The notes beneath the pieces are model-generated. The model was not told the DNA's origin and did not search any database. It was given only the letters and a program-made list of their open reading frames with translations. A stretch of 55,991 nucleotides of DNA, filler included, from Platydemus manokwari (lineage: Eukaryota): the NCBI GenBank assembly GCA_037951405.1. It is 4 parts of 4 records of this genome, joined end to end, with 100 filler letters (N's around TTAATTAATTAA, not from the genome) between each part and the next. Parts side by side here need not be neighbours in the genome. Positions count along the whole stretch, not along the records: positions 1 to 14,551 come from JBBMOY011444755.1; 3 more parts are not named here. One strand, 5' to 3'. Positions 1 to 14,551 of the stretch are shown one piece after another. Each line of letters starts with the position of its first letter. Position 1 is the stretch's first letter. The position numbers and the translations under genes are program-made.

Positions 1-3000
1 TGTTTAATTATCCAAAGTTTTAGATAAACTGCAATTATAAAATTTAATATTTTATTTCATTATATGCTTTAAAGAGCAATAAAAATAAATTTGATTTTTA
101 AAATTAAATAAAATGTTGTCATTGTTTAAGTAATCTTTATTTGAATTAAATGGCTAAAATGGTGGTTGATGTCAATTTATTATAAATATAACGAACTATT
201 ATGCGAGTTTACCTGTTATTTCGACTGTTAAACCTAATATATCAAGTTAAGTAAGTCCCTTAAAATATTTTTACGTGATGTAATGTATAATTCTTAAAAA
301 TATTCCGATGAATTTATATTAAAATTTCACAATTGCATCTTTTTTATAATTTTAAATATTTCTTTAATTAAATTTTATATTGATTGATATTGTTTGCTAG
401 TGAATATTTGAACTCATATGAACTATTACTTAATAAATCTATTAAATAATATCTGCTACTGAAATTTATAGGTTAGTCTATTGGAGTTTGTTGCTTGTAG
501 TAACTTGTTTTGAGACAAGAAAAGCTACGAAATGATTCATTATAACGATACAATCCCTATGATTACATCTACATCAATCTATTCAAATAATGATTTCTCT
601 CTAGTAGAAATTTGTCCAAAATTTTCTATCAAATAATTTTCTCAGTTAAGTTTCCACATTTGATACAAATCTGCTTAAATAAAAATAGCAATAATTGATG
701 AATCATTTCAAAGTTATTTATAACTATAACTAGTGGTATATGGTCAATATTTTTTTGCCTGATATATTTCAGTGAATTATTAATAATATTAGAGTAGTAA
801 GTGTAGGAATACCAATATTTCGGAATTTTAATTATTTTACCACACTCGAAACAACGATTATGTTAATTGCGGTAACTTTGAATTACTATCTAACATCTGG
901 ACCTTTTGAATTGTTCTGTCCTTTTATTTTAAATAGAATATAAAGTGAATTGTAACGATTTAGTGTTGTAGATTGTGAAGTGTTGTTTATAAATGTGTGA
1001 TTTACTTGTAATTCAGTCGCTGTCGATTTTCGGGATCTCCGTTCCGTCTTTTAAGTCAGTAAAACAAATGATAATACTGTTAAGGTCATCATGATCACTT
1101 CATACATATTAATTTTATTAATATTGTTGGGGTTATTACATATTATATATATGAGTTTGATACTACCGGTTGTAGCGCAATGTCAATCCTGTAAGTGCGT
1201 GCTCTTATGATAATTAAATAATACTATAAATGAACACCGCGATTGTAACAAGATTTATTTATGGTGATTACAAATTTACAGATATATTAAATTTTAATGC
1301 AATTGCAAATATTATGAATCCCCTTTAACTTTGATTTTTACTCAATCAGACAGTATATCAAATTTACACAAACACACAGGTTAATAGAGATTATTCAACA
1401 AGGGAAGGCTCAGATACCAAACCTCCTTTGCGTTGATATATGATTTTTTATATAGATATAGATTTTACAATATGGGCGGTCCCTTTAATTATATTTCTTT
1501 TGATTAAATGTTCACACCTTTATTATATTCCTGTCTATTATCCTTTCAAGAGCTTTTAGATATCTGATCGTATTAGTTCTGATTGTAAAAGTGAAAATTG
1601 TAATTTTGCCATTCCTTATATAGTATTTTCTAAGACGGATTATGAATAATCGTTTTTGTTTATTATTTTCTTTTTCCTATTGGATTTTAAAATTATTTTA
1701 CAAATCCGCCTAGATTAATAATTTTAATTTATTTTTCTTTTTTCCTGTCTAAGTGTTACATTAACTTAAAGCTTTAGGTCATAATGCAATCTGCTTGCAA
1801 TACTTTCAGAAAACCGGTCTATTTGAATATTGTTTCTAATTTTCAGTGTAAAATTTTTGAAGGTCTGTTCATGTGTAATCCTAAACTGCATCTTGTCAAT
1901 AAGCAATCTTCCATGGTTTCGAGTATTTGAGAATTAATCACTGATTACAGCCTTTTTCGAATCTACGTAAAATGTAAACACTTGACAGATATTTTGACGT
2001 ATTGATCAAATTCCAAGTTTAAAATATAATCTCTTATTTTCTCGTTAACACTTATAAATATTAATTGTTATTGAAGTTAGTCTTGGAAAAGTTGAAGATA
2101 TATTTAAATTTGAGTCTATTACACAACCCTTTTATAATCCCAGCATATAAATTTTAACAGAATACAGACATCCCTATTCAAGTAATCAAAAATAAACGAA
2201 ATCATATTTTCTGAACACAACACATGCACGAATCACTTAAGTACTGTAATATTGAGTGTACAATCATAAAATATTTGGTCCAAAGTATTTAAAATCGAAT
2301 AAAATTAGTTTTAGTAGGTCAATAATAGTTTCTAAATTAAAAAAACGCATTAATATTTGTTACGGGTATCTCAACGTAAATTTCGCAATAATTGGCCAAT
2401 AAACTAAATAGAAAATTTATTGTGAAGCTGAGTGATAGTGCTATGTGACAAAAATAAAATGATAACTTGAAATGTGAACTGCTAAAATATGCATAATTCG
2501 TACTCAACCGGTGAATAATCCTTTGCTTCTAATAATAATCACTATAATTTTGGATTGATTGTATCAAGACTAAAAATTATGAATAATAGTTTTTTTATTT
2601 GACTGCAAATAGAAATTACACGAGCTTGGTTCTGGTATCTATGTTAATTCCAATTATAACTTTACTCAGCATCTTAAATTTTTTCAAAATTTGTTTTTTG
2701 TTAGAAAAAATTAACTCTCAAATAAATAATTCCCAAACGGTAAAATTCAGTCCACTTTTTTTTAATCAGTCTCCCTATATTTCAATGTTACACCTTATTT
2801 ACATAAAATTATATGACAAGCATCTGTACCAAACAATAATTTACAATGCAAAACAATCTAAAATAATTAGTCACAAATTGGGTCAAACGATAAATTAAAA
2901 TATCGGGAAAACTATCTTGTCGAGAACTTGATAGTGGGTATAATTTATAGATATCAAAAACTATTGATCCTAAAATATATTGTATACTAATAAACACGAA

Positions 3001-5218
3001 GCGAGAACATTAAAGCGATAGATAAGTTATATTATTATCTATAGTTATTAAAATAATTCATAATTTTGATTTTGTAAAAGTGATAATTAAGGCAAATTCT
3101 TCAATATCTAATTCGAAAATAAGTTTCAAACAATTAAAAACTCGATAACATTGCACAAAATCGACTTTGTAGTAGATAAGTTTTTTCCTATAAAATTTAC
3201 AAACATTTTGTATCCTGCTTGCAGATTACTCTGTTAACCAAGGAATAAAGTTTTATGAAACTCGTTTCACACTGGGAATTTTTTTTCGCAATGATGTTTA
3301 ATGTCAACACATCTCAAATAATAAAAGAAAATTGTTTTCACCTAAATGATTCTTTTATTTCCACAAAATATTTTACATATATCAATAAAGTACTTTCAAT
3401 TTTAAAAGAATTAATTTGGAGTATAATTCTCGAAGCAATGTGATTTACAAAAAATATTTTCCTCTAATAACTCAATTTGAATTTACTGGTTACATTTATT
3501 CTTGAAGGGTTGGGTTTGTCTCTCAATAAGTCTAGATGGTTGTGGTTTCAAAAAGACGTCCTCAACTAATTGATAATGATTGCAGATCATCTTTATATAT
3601 AGCACTCAAGTGACAGATTGCAAACATATAATTGTACATGTACATGATTCGTCAAAAATATGATTTCATATAAAAATCCTAACATTAAATATATAAGAAT
3701 TACATAAAATGTAACACGTTCAACATAATACGGTTAATTTCAATGACGAAAAATGTCGTCATTCGCATTTTAGTAGTCTTTAGGCATAGCGAAAAATGCA
3801 ACATCAATTTAACAGACTAAATTATTCTTTTGATTTTACTTCTTCCTTAACATTAGTCAGTAACTTTTCTCTCGTATTAGTTTTATTCACATATGTAATT
3901 CTGAGTATTTTTATTTTAATTGTCGTTGACTAATTTGTCTTCTGTATTGTTAATGATAAAGACATCTATCTATAATCTAAAGGGGATGAAGAAAAGAAAT
4001 CTGATTTTTCCTCTGACTATAAGTTACTTCTTTATGTTAGACTGTCGCATATTTTTAGGATTAATTATAACTATTTCCCTTACTAGCAGCATTATTGTGA
4101 GTTGATATATACTGAAATTTTAATTACTTTGGATGAATTAATTTCAAAAATTCAATAAAGAAAATCTGAAATAATTCACAATAACCATAAATAACTTGTT
4201 TCTGTAAATTCTGGTAGTTTATATTGCCTATTTATTAAACTAATTAATTTTTTGATTTGTTTATACTTTGTTTAATTTTGTAATTTACTGTCTTCCTTTC
4301 TTCTGCTTTTTAAATTGTATTATTCAAGATTTGTTGAACTTTACGTTTTAACGATTCCCACATATTCGAATGATACATTTTTGCCACTACTTAAGGAAAA
4401 TCTGAACAATGCTTATTTATATCATTTTGTATTTAGTACCAACTGCATAACAACTATGTTGTTAATTTGGATAAATTTAATGTTATATCAATAGTATAAA
4501 TTGTACAAAAGTACTCTAATTGAATACCATAAAGTATTTCGGAATACGCATTGCGATAAGCAATTTGTTAAGTCCTTTAGATATTTCGGTAATTACAAAA
4601 CTTTTCAACTTCGTAGAGCAAAATTTATTATTTAGAATCACAGATTATAATAATTAGATGAATTCCATACTATTAATAGCACTTATTGATTATTTTATAT
4701 TATCTACAATTCCAAATCAACCTTGCCATAACATTTTACGGGTTCATAAACCTATTTAAAATTTGTAATTTAAATTCATTTGTAATTGTCTAAAATCCAA
4801 CGAAAGCCCGCATTAGTATCGATTCTTAAAATCAGTATATAATATAAAATATCGGTATAGGGTTAGGTAGACTTTAGGGATCTATTATATAATGAGAGGG
4901 CTAGTGTCCACCGCTAAGAGATCATTACAGTCAAATAAAATCATATACTCCAGAATGAAATAAACTTGATTCTGGATATTTACAACTATTTTATTTAAAT
5001 TTTAATTTTAACATAGTTTTTATCGTATTATCTAGTTATGCTATTTAATTATACCATTCATTATTGTTTTGGTATTTATTTAATAAATAACATTATATTG
5101 ATATTCTGTCATATAAACTCTATTATTCAATAAACCGAACATTTTGTCGAAGAGGCTAATTTACTAAACTAAATACCCAATTAAACCAACTTAATTATTT
5201 AAAAATCCCACCTTACAC

Positions 5219-5890
5219 AAATAATTGTCTTCATCAAATGCAGGTCTTTCTTTATCCTGGGTTTAGGCTTCTCTCCAAGACTCACCCACTATTTCCTTTG
5301 CATCATATTCACATAGAGACATCATTTCTCATCTCCCTTGACGATTCCAGATAGGAAACGTTGCTGTGGCATGGGTTCCTTGATGTCTAGCGAGGTTTTG
5401 AGCAGCAATGGACAGCAGATTATCTTTCTGTTTTTGGGTGTGTTCGTGCGGGACCCAAACTCCAAATTTTTAAATGAAACCCATCGACTGAAGGTGACAT
5501 GAAATTGTTGCAAAATCACAATTCATTTTTTCGACCAATTTATTTTATGATTGGCGGCCATCTTCCTTCAAAAGATTCCAGAGTTGGTTCTCGTGCATCT
5601 CGATTGGTTTTCTGTTTTTTGTGTTTGAACCTGGAAGACTAATCTCGAGGAGTTCTCCCTGGTAGCTTAATTTGCTTTTTGAACTTCGATTAAAGGCTTA
5701 AAGGTGTCGAAAATGCAATGTCGACTTGACAATCCAGTTGACAGTTCTAAAAGACAAAAAAATAATACGATAATAATCTTGTATGGCATAGCACGGACTT
5801 TCTAATGGTATATAACACTTCGCCAAACATAAAAATCTTTGTAGAACATATATTTTCATGTAGCTGCAGGAACTTATGCAACAACAATAA
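5219..5890 (-). mobile_element. Degenerate mariner (Tc1/mariner) element: 5' TIR remnant plus N-terminal half of a transposase pseudogene
   Basis: Minus-strand translation across stops and frameshifts gives 'PIEMHENQLWNLLKEDGRQS*NKLVEKMNCDFATISCHLQSMGFI*KFGVWVPHE' and 'QQRFLSGIVKGDEK*CLYVNMMQRK*WVSLGEKPKPRIKKDLH'. These correspond to the mariner WVPHEL and IVTGDEKW motifs. 'GGAACTTATGCAACAACAATA' near 5868-5889 resembles a mariner TIR. The 3' half was not found. Confidence 0.85.
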
Positions 5891-7277
5891 CATTTGATTT
5901 AATAGAACCTTCTCAACCAAAGACTGATCCTATAAATAGTTACTATGTAGGTTTTGTAGTCATTCCATGTAAAAATTATATATTTATAAGTCTACTATTT
6001 ACTCTGTATCAGCACTGGTGTCTTGCTTAAATAGTTAATATTTTCACGATGTTACTATAATAATATCATGCGCACGAATGCCTCATGTATACGCATACTA
6101 TTTCTTATGATTAATCAACATTTACGGAAGTCTAGTAGATATCTATTTTTATTTCCACATTTCTGATCGGTGAATGCCCTCCCTTTTTAGCAAGCCCACC
6201 TAAGCTATTTATAAGCGGGAATAATATTTTTTATCAATTTTTTCATGATGAAATGAAACTTTAAAATTCCAATAGAAATTTAATAATTATTTTCTTAATA
6301 AAATATTATTAGCACAATGAAAACAGTAAAATATAAATATATGTTGATATTAAATATCAGAGATCTGGTTACCTCAATAATTTAAATCGTATTGTAATTA
6401 TATCAAAACAAAATTATATCCAAAAAAAAATAAATCTTAATCAATTATATATATAGATGAGTCTGCATGCGTAGTGTGTTCGATTTTCTGCTCGATATCT
6501 ATGTTTCTAGACATTTAATTGTGTGTTTAATTATTAAAGGTGTTATTAATCTTTAAGGATTGGAATTGGTCAATCTCATTGCTTGTGTAATTGTGTGATC
6601 ATGCGTTTCGTCGAAATGAAACTTTCATTATATCATAATTTTGATTGGTGGTTTATCTTTCTTGTAAGAACTTAATAATTTAAACTAAATAAGAGAAATG
6701 TATAGATTTTAAATTTACCTGTTTTTCAATCAGATTTTTAATTATACAGCACATTCAAATTTTAACTCAAAAAAGGAACGTTGAGAAATAATTTTCGTTT
6801 AAATTAACCATATATAAAAATTATAGTATATAGAAGAAATACTCAATATTATATTAATATCTACCTTCGTCTTATCAGATCTAACAGATCATTTTAGTTT
6901 ATCTAGACTAACAAATTTCTATTGTTACTCATTGTTGTCACCTCTGTATGTCTAAATGGGCGTAAAGAAATCCATGATAAGATTATTAATTTGGGGTGAA
7001 TTCTATATCAAAAAATCTCAATAGTGTAACGCGCTTGAGTTTGAAATAATTTTTATACTTCGAATTAAAATAATTGTTTAAATTTTCAGTTATATCAAAG
7101 CATTGTCTGTTAAATAAATAAAATAATTGTTTCTCAAATTTCATATTTTTATTAAATTTCTCATCTCATAGTTTTCATGGAACACATCGAATAGTTAAAG
7201 CACATGATTTCTTAAGTTTCACCAAGAAATAATTAAAGATAGTATGTTTAAAATAATTACTAATATATAACCCTTAG

Positions 7278-7347
7278 TAATAACCCGAGTTGTACAATAA
7301 TGGTCGGAGCCATAGCCCCATGTCAAGAACCAGGTAGACAAGCAATG
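7278..7347 (+). CDS. Candidate isolated internal exon of an unknown gene (NNPSCTIMVGAIAPCQEPGRQAM)
   Basis: GC-richer 70-nt island bounded by CCCTTAG| and ATG|GTGAGT, open in one frame (phase 2 in, phase 0 out). Peptide not recognised. Confidence 0.3.
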
Positions 7348-10300
7348 GTGAGTTCATCATTTTCCAATCTCAAACAAATGTTAATAATAACAATGAGAAA
7401 TTATAACTATTATTTGTCATTCAAATATTGATTGTATAGCATATTGTTATCATATTGTACATTTATGAATTTTTTATTAAGAAATCAATGTTGTATTTAA
7501 TTAAAAAATAATAAATCCAGAGTGATAATAAAATTAATAATTTTTATATAAATACACACTCACACACGCATATATATAAACAATATATAAGAAATAAGAT
7601 GCATAACAGTAAAAATAGTGTAAATTTATAGATATGGGTAGTAAAAATATAATAATGTCATTTATAAAATAGAAATAATAATCAAACATCGAATTATATG
7701 AGGGAAATAAAGAAAATAATCAAATTAGCAAATTTAACATTTTAAACAATAAAACCGGGTAAGCAAAATAGATAAATAAATACCTTGAATTGAATAAATC
7801 TGTCCAATTAAATAAATGTCATGAATTTTAATATCAGAATAAATCAGATTAGCAAAATGAAAAATTAAAATGAATTAATTTAAATCGAAAAATTAAATGT
7901 TAGGATATAATATGACACAATAAAAATTCGATTTATTAAAAAACGGGAAAAGGTAAAATAATTTAAGTTATTTCAACGAATTAGAAATGATTATAAATAC
8001 TGGACAATGTACTAACCACGAATTTTGAATTTAATTATATTCACCGTGATAGTATTTAATACTATTGCTCTTTCTATTGCTATTTGTCTTCATAGAAATG
8101 AACTCTATTTCGATGCCTATCAGTCGCTTGTAATAAACATCATTAATCGGTGGAGAATAACAACGGATGGTTTTTTTGTGAAAGTGAATGTGATCCTCGT
8201 GAAGATTTAATTCAAATATTATATAAAATGATATTAATTTGTTTAAATAATTGTAGTTAAATATATAATTTAGTATCGTAATTTTTCTAGTTTCTAATAC
8301 GTGCTTTATAAAATTGTAGCGGCTTACAATCCTTTGCAACCTATGTTAGATTACAATTACGATATAAAATCACACTAAAATAAAAAGTATGGCAATTTTA
8401 AAGCTATGCAGTGCAATACGATTATACAATTGTTTGACGATTTATAGCCTCTTGGAAAGTTTAAGCTTATTGGCTAATAAGCTTTTTAGTTTTATTGTGG
8501 TAAACCGTTTAATGATATTGGTGACAAAGTACTCAGCCTGTAATAGCGATAAGTAATTTTATCAAACGCTATCCTTACTTAGTTCTATTCGAACTCTGAA
8601 TTGGATATTTTCGGACTTCTCACAAAATGTCAATAATCGAATATCTTATAACATCTTGTGATTTTTTTGAAAAGATTTTTTAAAAATGAACTTCTACTGA
8701 TTTCTAATTTTAGGTTGGGAATTTATGTTTTGCGAGCATTTTAATATTAAGTTCTTTGTTTATTTATGTTTATTTATATAAATATAAATACATTATTAAA
8801 TTTTTTGGATTTATTATTTCCAAAGAATATTCTATTAAACATTTTCGGTATTTGGTTGCTATATGGGTAGACTTAAATAATATGCTGGCTTTTGGAAATA
8901 AAACAATAATAATTATATTTTTATTAGATAATTTAGAATTTCTATTATTTTTATTTTGTTTAAGTAGCAAATATATGGGTAATTTAATATCCAACAATTT
9001 TATTCATCAATTAAGAGGTTTAGATTTAATTTATTATCTTATTCTGTCACTATTAAATCCATTACTAAATATCATGAATAATAATAATAATTCCTTATGA
9101 TTACTTCACTATATAAAATTAATAGAAATTTATGAAATTTTTAACACTAAAATGATATTTCTCCACAATTTTTTCAAATCAAATTTAACGAGATTCAAAT
9201 AGGGAAATGTTTATTTTAGCCATAAGATCATTGAAGCGTTGGTTTACAGGATTTAGTCTGTTCTATACAATTTAAACTCGATTTCGAATTGCTTTTACTA
9301 AATCCAAATTATTTTGAAATTCGTGTTTTATTTTGATTATTTTAGTAATAAATAGTAAATAAAATGGATTATTCACAATTGTTGTTAATTGTAGTTAGTT
9401 ATATCCAATTCTAAGTTAAATACCGAAAAACTCACATTACTGGTTATTGTTGATGGGAAAATTTGATACAAACTAGTATTGTTGATACAATTAAAATAAT
9501 CAATTGGATTATATTATTTGTCGTTGTAAATGTAATATCAAGAGTTAAAGACAAATCATAATAAGACGTGTATTTAGAAAGACGAAAAAAATTACCAATA
9601 AAATAATTTTATCAGATTGACTCCGTCACTAAAGTGAGTAGAAAACGAAATCCTGAAAAATCAGAATGAAAATATCAATGAAGATGGTATTTTAAATTAT
9701 ACTAACTTAAGTGCGAATAAAATTTATGTAGACAAAGTCTTAATCGAAAAATTTTTGTGCAATAATTAGTGCGACTTACATTCAATTCACTGAGCTTTAT
9801 ATAGTTAAAATTTCTGACTACGTGACTAATCATGATATAGTCATGTCTTAGTTTTGTATTGTGGGCTTTTTAATTTCTAAATAGTGTCTTTATTTTTCGG
9901 ATATATTGTTTATGATAACGCATATCTATATATTTCTTAAATATAAATATTCATATATTTTGTACAACATGGTTCTTATAAATATAAAATATATTTTAAA
10001 ATATAATTATATTTTTACTATTATCATAAATTTATTTTATCATTTGTATTTAATGCGCAGTCATTATTATAGAATATTTATTATAGGACAAACACAACAT
10101 TGTTAGAAGAATATGCATCAAAGTATTTTGAGCATGACATATATTAAGGTAAAAACTAGGGTAGGATGATTGAAAATAATTTATAGATAATGTAATGATT
10201 TTGATCACAACTTTATTGCTTCATCATTGGCAGGAAGTGTCTAGGTCAAATACATCTTTGATTAAGTGTCTTCATTTGGAATATTTAGAATACGCTTAAA

Positions 10301-13029
10301 TGGAAGTTTAATTATATTTATTCATACCGCCATATAAGCTAACAATTTTTTATTTTTTGCTGACAATACTTACGAACATTATTACTGCTCGAGCGATCGT
10401 TTCCCTATTTTTAATCGATCTTGATATTTTTAATTTTTTCATCATAAAAAGTCAAAATAATTATACAAGTATAAAAATATTCATCTGATGAAAAATTCCA
10501 ATAACGCAGGGATGGCATCAGATTTTTTAGATGACTGAATTATCAGATTTGACCCAAAACCAATGAATCAAAGTCTACACTCAAAACAGATATTTCAAAA
10601 TGCAAAGCCCAGTAGTCAAATAAATATCAAAATTAAAAGGTGGTCAAGGCCGAAAGATAAAAATAATATATAGAGGGTTCTTATCAAAATACTTTTAATT
10701 ATTGCCCCAAGCCATCGCAGTATATTTGCTATAACCATCAGAATTTTTCAGGAATTTTAATTGCAAATTTTTCTTATTTCTATGAATTAACCCACTGGAG
10801 CTTTCGTTATCTTTGTCAATATACTTCGATAGGAAGTGAAAGTCTAATTAATGATATATCTTATTTAAAGCCTATGATTGGCTGTTACCACTTATAATTA
10901 TTAAGCATGTATATTATTTCTGTATTTCTAACCCTTCTTTTTCATGGGATATTTGTCACAAACTCAACATATTTCTCATCATTCCAAAGATTTTGTTCCA
11001 CATTTTGATCTTTCACTCATTATGGGTAATAGAAAAAAAATTGTTGGATTATAGTGACATTAATTTGATAGGATTATGAAGAGATTGTAAATCATTATAA
11101 ATGGGTAATATATCGTTTTTGACGAATTCAAATAAAAAAATTAATCAGTGGCATAAAAATAAATTGGATACTCTGCTTAGTTGTTCCAGAAATTACCAAA
11201 TAAAGAACTGGATAAGAGATATATTTGGGTTTTATAAGAAAATAATTTTGTGAAGTTAAACATTGACCGACTCACCTTTTGTACTATTTTTGTACATAAT
11301 AATAATATATTAAATAATTTATTTTAATAAGAATCGAATAAAATTTTCGTGTTGAATAAATACAATGAAGGTTGCGAATTATTTTTCCCAACTTAATATT
11401 ATAAATAATATTTAATATATAGATAATATGCAAATATGAATCAATAAATGACAATAAAATGAGCTGAATAAAATATATCGATTAATCTTAATAAATATTT
11501 TTAAAAATATTCACAATTCTGCAAGTGTACTCGTGTTGGGGTTTAAATCTTTTAAGTTAATGTGACCAACTAATTGAAGACATCGTGGAAAAAATGAAGA
11601 ATGATCTGAAATCGAGCCGTCCTAGCGATTTAAAGAAACCACACAACTTTTGAAAAGATGGTAGTTTCGATAAGAAACTAGAAATTATTCATGATTTAGT
11701 TTCATAGATAATTTGAATAATAACAAAATTGACTTTTCTTGTGAATAAAATTGCTTTGTAATGTTGAGTTTATTTCGTGTAGTCAATAAGTTTTTGTATG
11801 ACACTATTGTTTATTACACAGGAGCAAAGCCTTTAAATATGGTTATTTCTATTCAACAAAAACAAACGAGTTTGTGCAAAATTTTAATACGTCGGAAAAG
11901 AATGTAATTATATGATACTTGTGAAAAATAAATAAATATTTGTAATTATAATAAATTTGAAGAATACTCTAATAATAAAGCAAAATATTTTTAATAAATA
12001 ATTTTTTTCATAAAATATCTTTCTGAATAACTATTTTTTGTTCATTGGCAGTTTTCAACTGACTGTCATTAATTAAATACCAATTTTGTCGCACCACTGC
12101 GCAACTACTTTACTTCTATTGAATTGACATTAATAAAATATCAAGTCAATAATTGACTTTTAATTACTAACTTGTTAAATTATTTACCACAAATAGGTTT
12201 CAGTTTTCGTGCATCATTTAATATTAATACCCATTTCTAATCATAATCTAATGAAATTTTTACATAAAATTCGATTTTAGATGAAACAGAAAAAGCATCT
12301 AAACTCTATTATCAAAACAACAACTACAATTCAATATCGATTGCACAAAATTTTTCATCATATTGAAAGAATTACTGCATTCATATTGTTGTCTCTATAA
12401 TTTGCCATATATGTCGACCCACGTCTGGGGCAGCCATCCTTCAGCACTTTTCCCTATGCTTCTATGTTCTGAGTATAAATGTCTTGGTTATCTAGATTCA
12501 CAAAGCATTTCGAGTGATTAAAAGTGCCACATTGATAACCAAGAATTTGAAGACGACTATATAATCTCCGCAATTTCTATATATTATGAATCCTAGTTTC
12601 ATCCACATACAATTAAATAGTATCATTTTAAATATAAAAATAGGCCTCATCAATTTCTAAAACTATACTTGGGATTCCAATTATTTTTCAATGCTGCGCT
12701 GTTTATTCATAGGTGTGGATTCAACAATTTTTGTACTTTAATAAATAATATTAAATACTTGCGCATTCCCAATTTGGGCTTGGTTTATATACCTAGATTT
12801 TTTGTGCGAGTGATGATTAATTTTTCTCAATTAATTTTCTCCCTTAGTAATTTATTTATTTTCCATGGTCATTCAACGTCACTAGTACTTTCGCCTTAGC
12901 AATATGTAAATTACCATGGTGATATGAATTAATTTATAAAATTACCATGACGACGCAAGTTTAAAATTAATTTTGGGGATTGCTTATTATTTTTATTATT
13001 AGTATGGATTGGGATGTGGGTGAGAGTAC

Positions 13030-13357
13030 CCAACACCGAGAAGGACAAGGTCGAAATGTGGTACCAAGTCCCTATTCGAATTCTTAAACTTCTTTTGCAT
13101 TGTTGGCATTTTCACCTGCATGATTTATTTGATTTGGATGAAATCTTCATTTCATTACCAAATTGACAGGTTTTGGATCTATGCATCCAATCTGTTAAAT
13201 AAATTTCAATATATTTATTTTGAGTTATAATATAAGTATCCACATACTGGCATGTTTGAATTATTTCCATATCATTTTGACATAAAAGTAATTCGAAAAT
13301 TTTGTATATCGTTCCATTTGCTTCTAGTGTTGAAAAGGAGTGCTCGCTAATTTTCAA
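13030..13357 (-). mobile_element. Merlin (IS1016/IS1595-like) transposase N-terminal zinc-ribbon fragment, pseudogene
   Basis: Reading through the TGA ending ORF 13112..13357 gives 'KTCQFGNEMKISSKSNKSCR*KCQQCKRSLRIRIGTWYHISTLSF'. This fits the Merlin pattern CxxCGxxM...WRCxxC...SIRxGTWF..S.L, with TGA at the conserved Trp position. Confidence 0.6.
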
Positions 13358-13575
13358 TAAATTACATTTTGACCTACTTTGACCAGTTGTTTAAATTTCT
13401 AAATTTTCGATGCTCCAGTGTATATTATATTTGATTTCAAACAACTAAAATTGATGTTAAGTATTTAAATAAAAAATTCAAAATGTTTTAAAATGATATA
13501 ATTAAATAAACTATATAGATTTTTGCAACACTCTACAAAATGAAAATTTTATTTTAGGTCCCTTTTTAACTTAAA
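13343..13575. repeat. Dispersed AT-rich repeat family A, copy 1
   Basis: Shares 'CTCG.TAATTTTCAATAAATT...GACCTA.TTT...ATATTTGATTTCAAACAACTAAAATT...TAAATAAACTATATAGA.TTTTGCAA.ACTCT' with 24099-24348, and more loosely with 51360-51545. Confidence 0.8.
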
Positions 13576-14473
13576 CCAACAAATTTATTTTGTATTATTT
13601 TTTTAGCAATATTTTATTTTATTTATTTTTGGCAATTTTTAAAAAATTATTTCCATTTGAAAAGCTTTTTAATTCACTTTTTTTAAAATAAATTATTAAT
13701 TAATTTATTTTTGTTAATATTTTTACTTGTTGGGCTTTTCATTCACTCATTCAAAATTTTTGAGATTTGCTGATCTCAAAAAATAAACATTAATACAGTC
13801 TATTTATGGAATCATTAATAAATCAAAGCCATCATTGTTAATCATTGGTTTACAGTTTAGTTCTTTGTTTTGATTCGGAGATCTTTCCTAGTTCTATTAC
13901 AAAAGAAATTTCGATACCTAATTCTTGAATTTGTCTATTTTTGTGAAGTTGATGAAAGAAAATTATTCTCTATCGAAGGGCGTCTGATCTTCCATTGTTG
14001 GATTGTATCATATGGGTTGAGGATCCCTAGGCTCTAAGTGTTCCCATCCTTCTTTATATTAAACAATAATTTAATCTTCTTTTGTTATCTCGAATTTTTG
14101 GTACGCAGGGGCTTCAGTAACCAGCATGGAGACCAAAATACTGGTAAATTGTCTAGTTTCTTAAAGGTCTTGCTCACAGGATTTGTTTACTTGGTGTTTG
14201 TATTGTATTATATTTCTATACCCTCGTTTTATTTGGTACTTTATTGTATTATGTTTCTATACATTGGGTTTATTTACTGGGCTAAATTTGTTGGATTTTG
14301 AAAGTTTGTTTGGTGGTACACACAATATTTATTGCAGAATTCATTTTACTAGAGACTGGACATTTCGATAGTTTTTTTAGAGGGTATTTATTCTGTCAAA
14401 ATTAAAATCGGAATAATATTCGAAAAATATATTCGAGTTTAAAGTTTTAAAAATGTTTTGAAATTATATACTA

Positions 14474-14551
14474 TACGAATTGAGAAATATTCAAGCCCAG
14501 CGTCGAGTTGATCTTTGCCGCGAACTACTCGATAACCCTAGAGACAGCCGT
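14474..14551 (+). mobile_element. Mariner transposase fragment truncated by the contig end
   Basis: Translates to YELRNIQAQRRVDLCRELLDNPRDSR, matching the mariner segment PHELxxxxxxxRVxxCxxLL that precedes the first catalytic Asp. Confidence 0.65.

Noticed and set aside
951-1250. Possible solo LTR (TGTAACGATT...GATTGTAACA)
   Set aside because: Termini are suggestive, but flanks (TGAAT/AGATT) give no target duplication and no second copy was seen.
10900-11030. Minus-strand 'LWNDEKYVEF/CDKY' resembling an integrase zinc-binding region
   Set aside because: Too short and frameshifted to support a call.
2599-12899. Many 60-115 aa ORFs rich in I/L/F/N/K/Y
   Set aside because: Composition is what AT-rich non-coding DNA produces by chance; no motifs or consistent splice structure.
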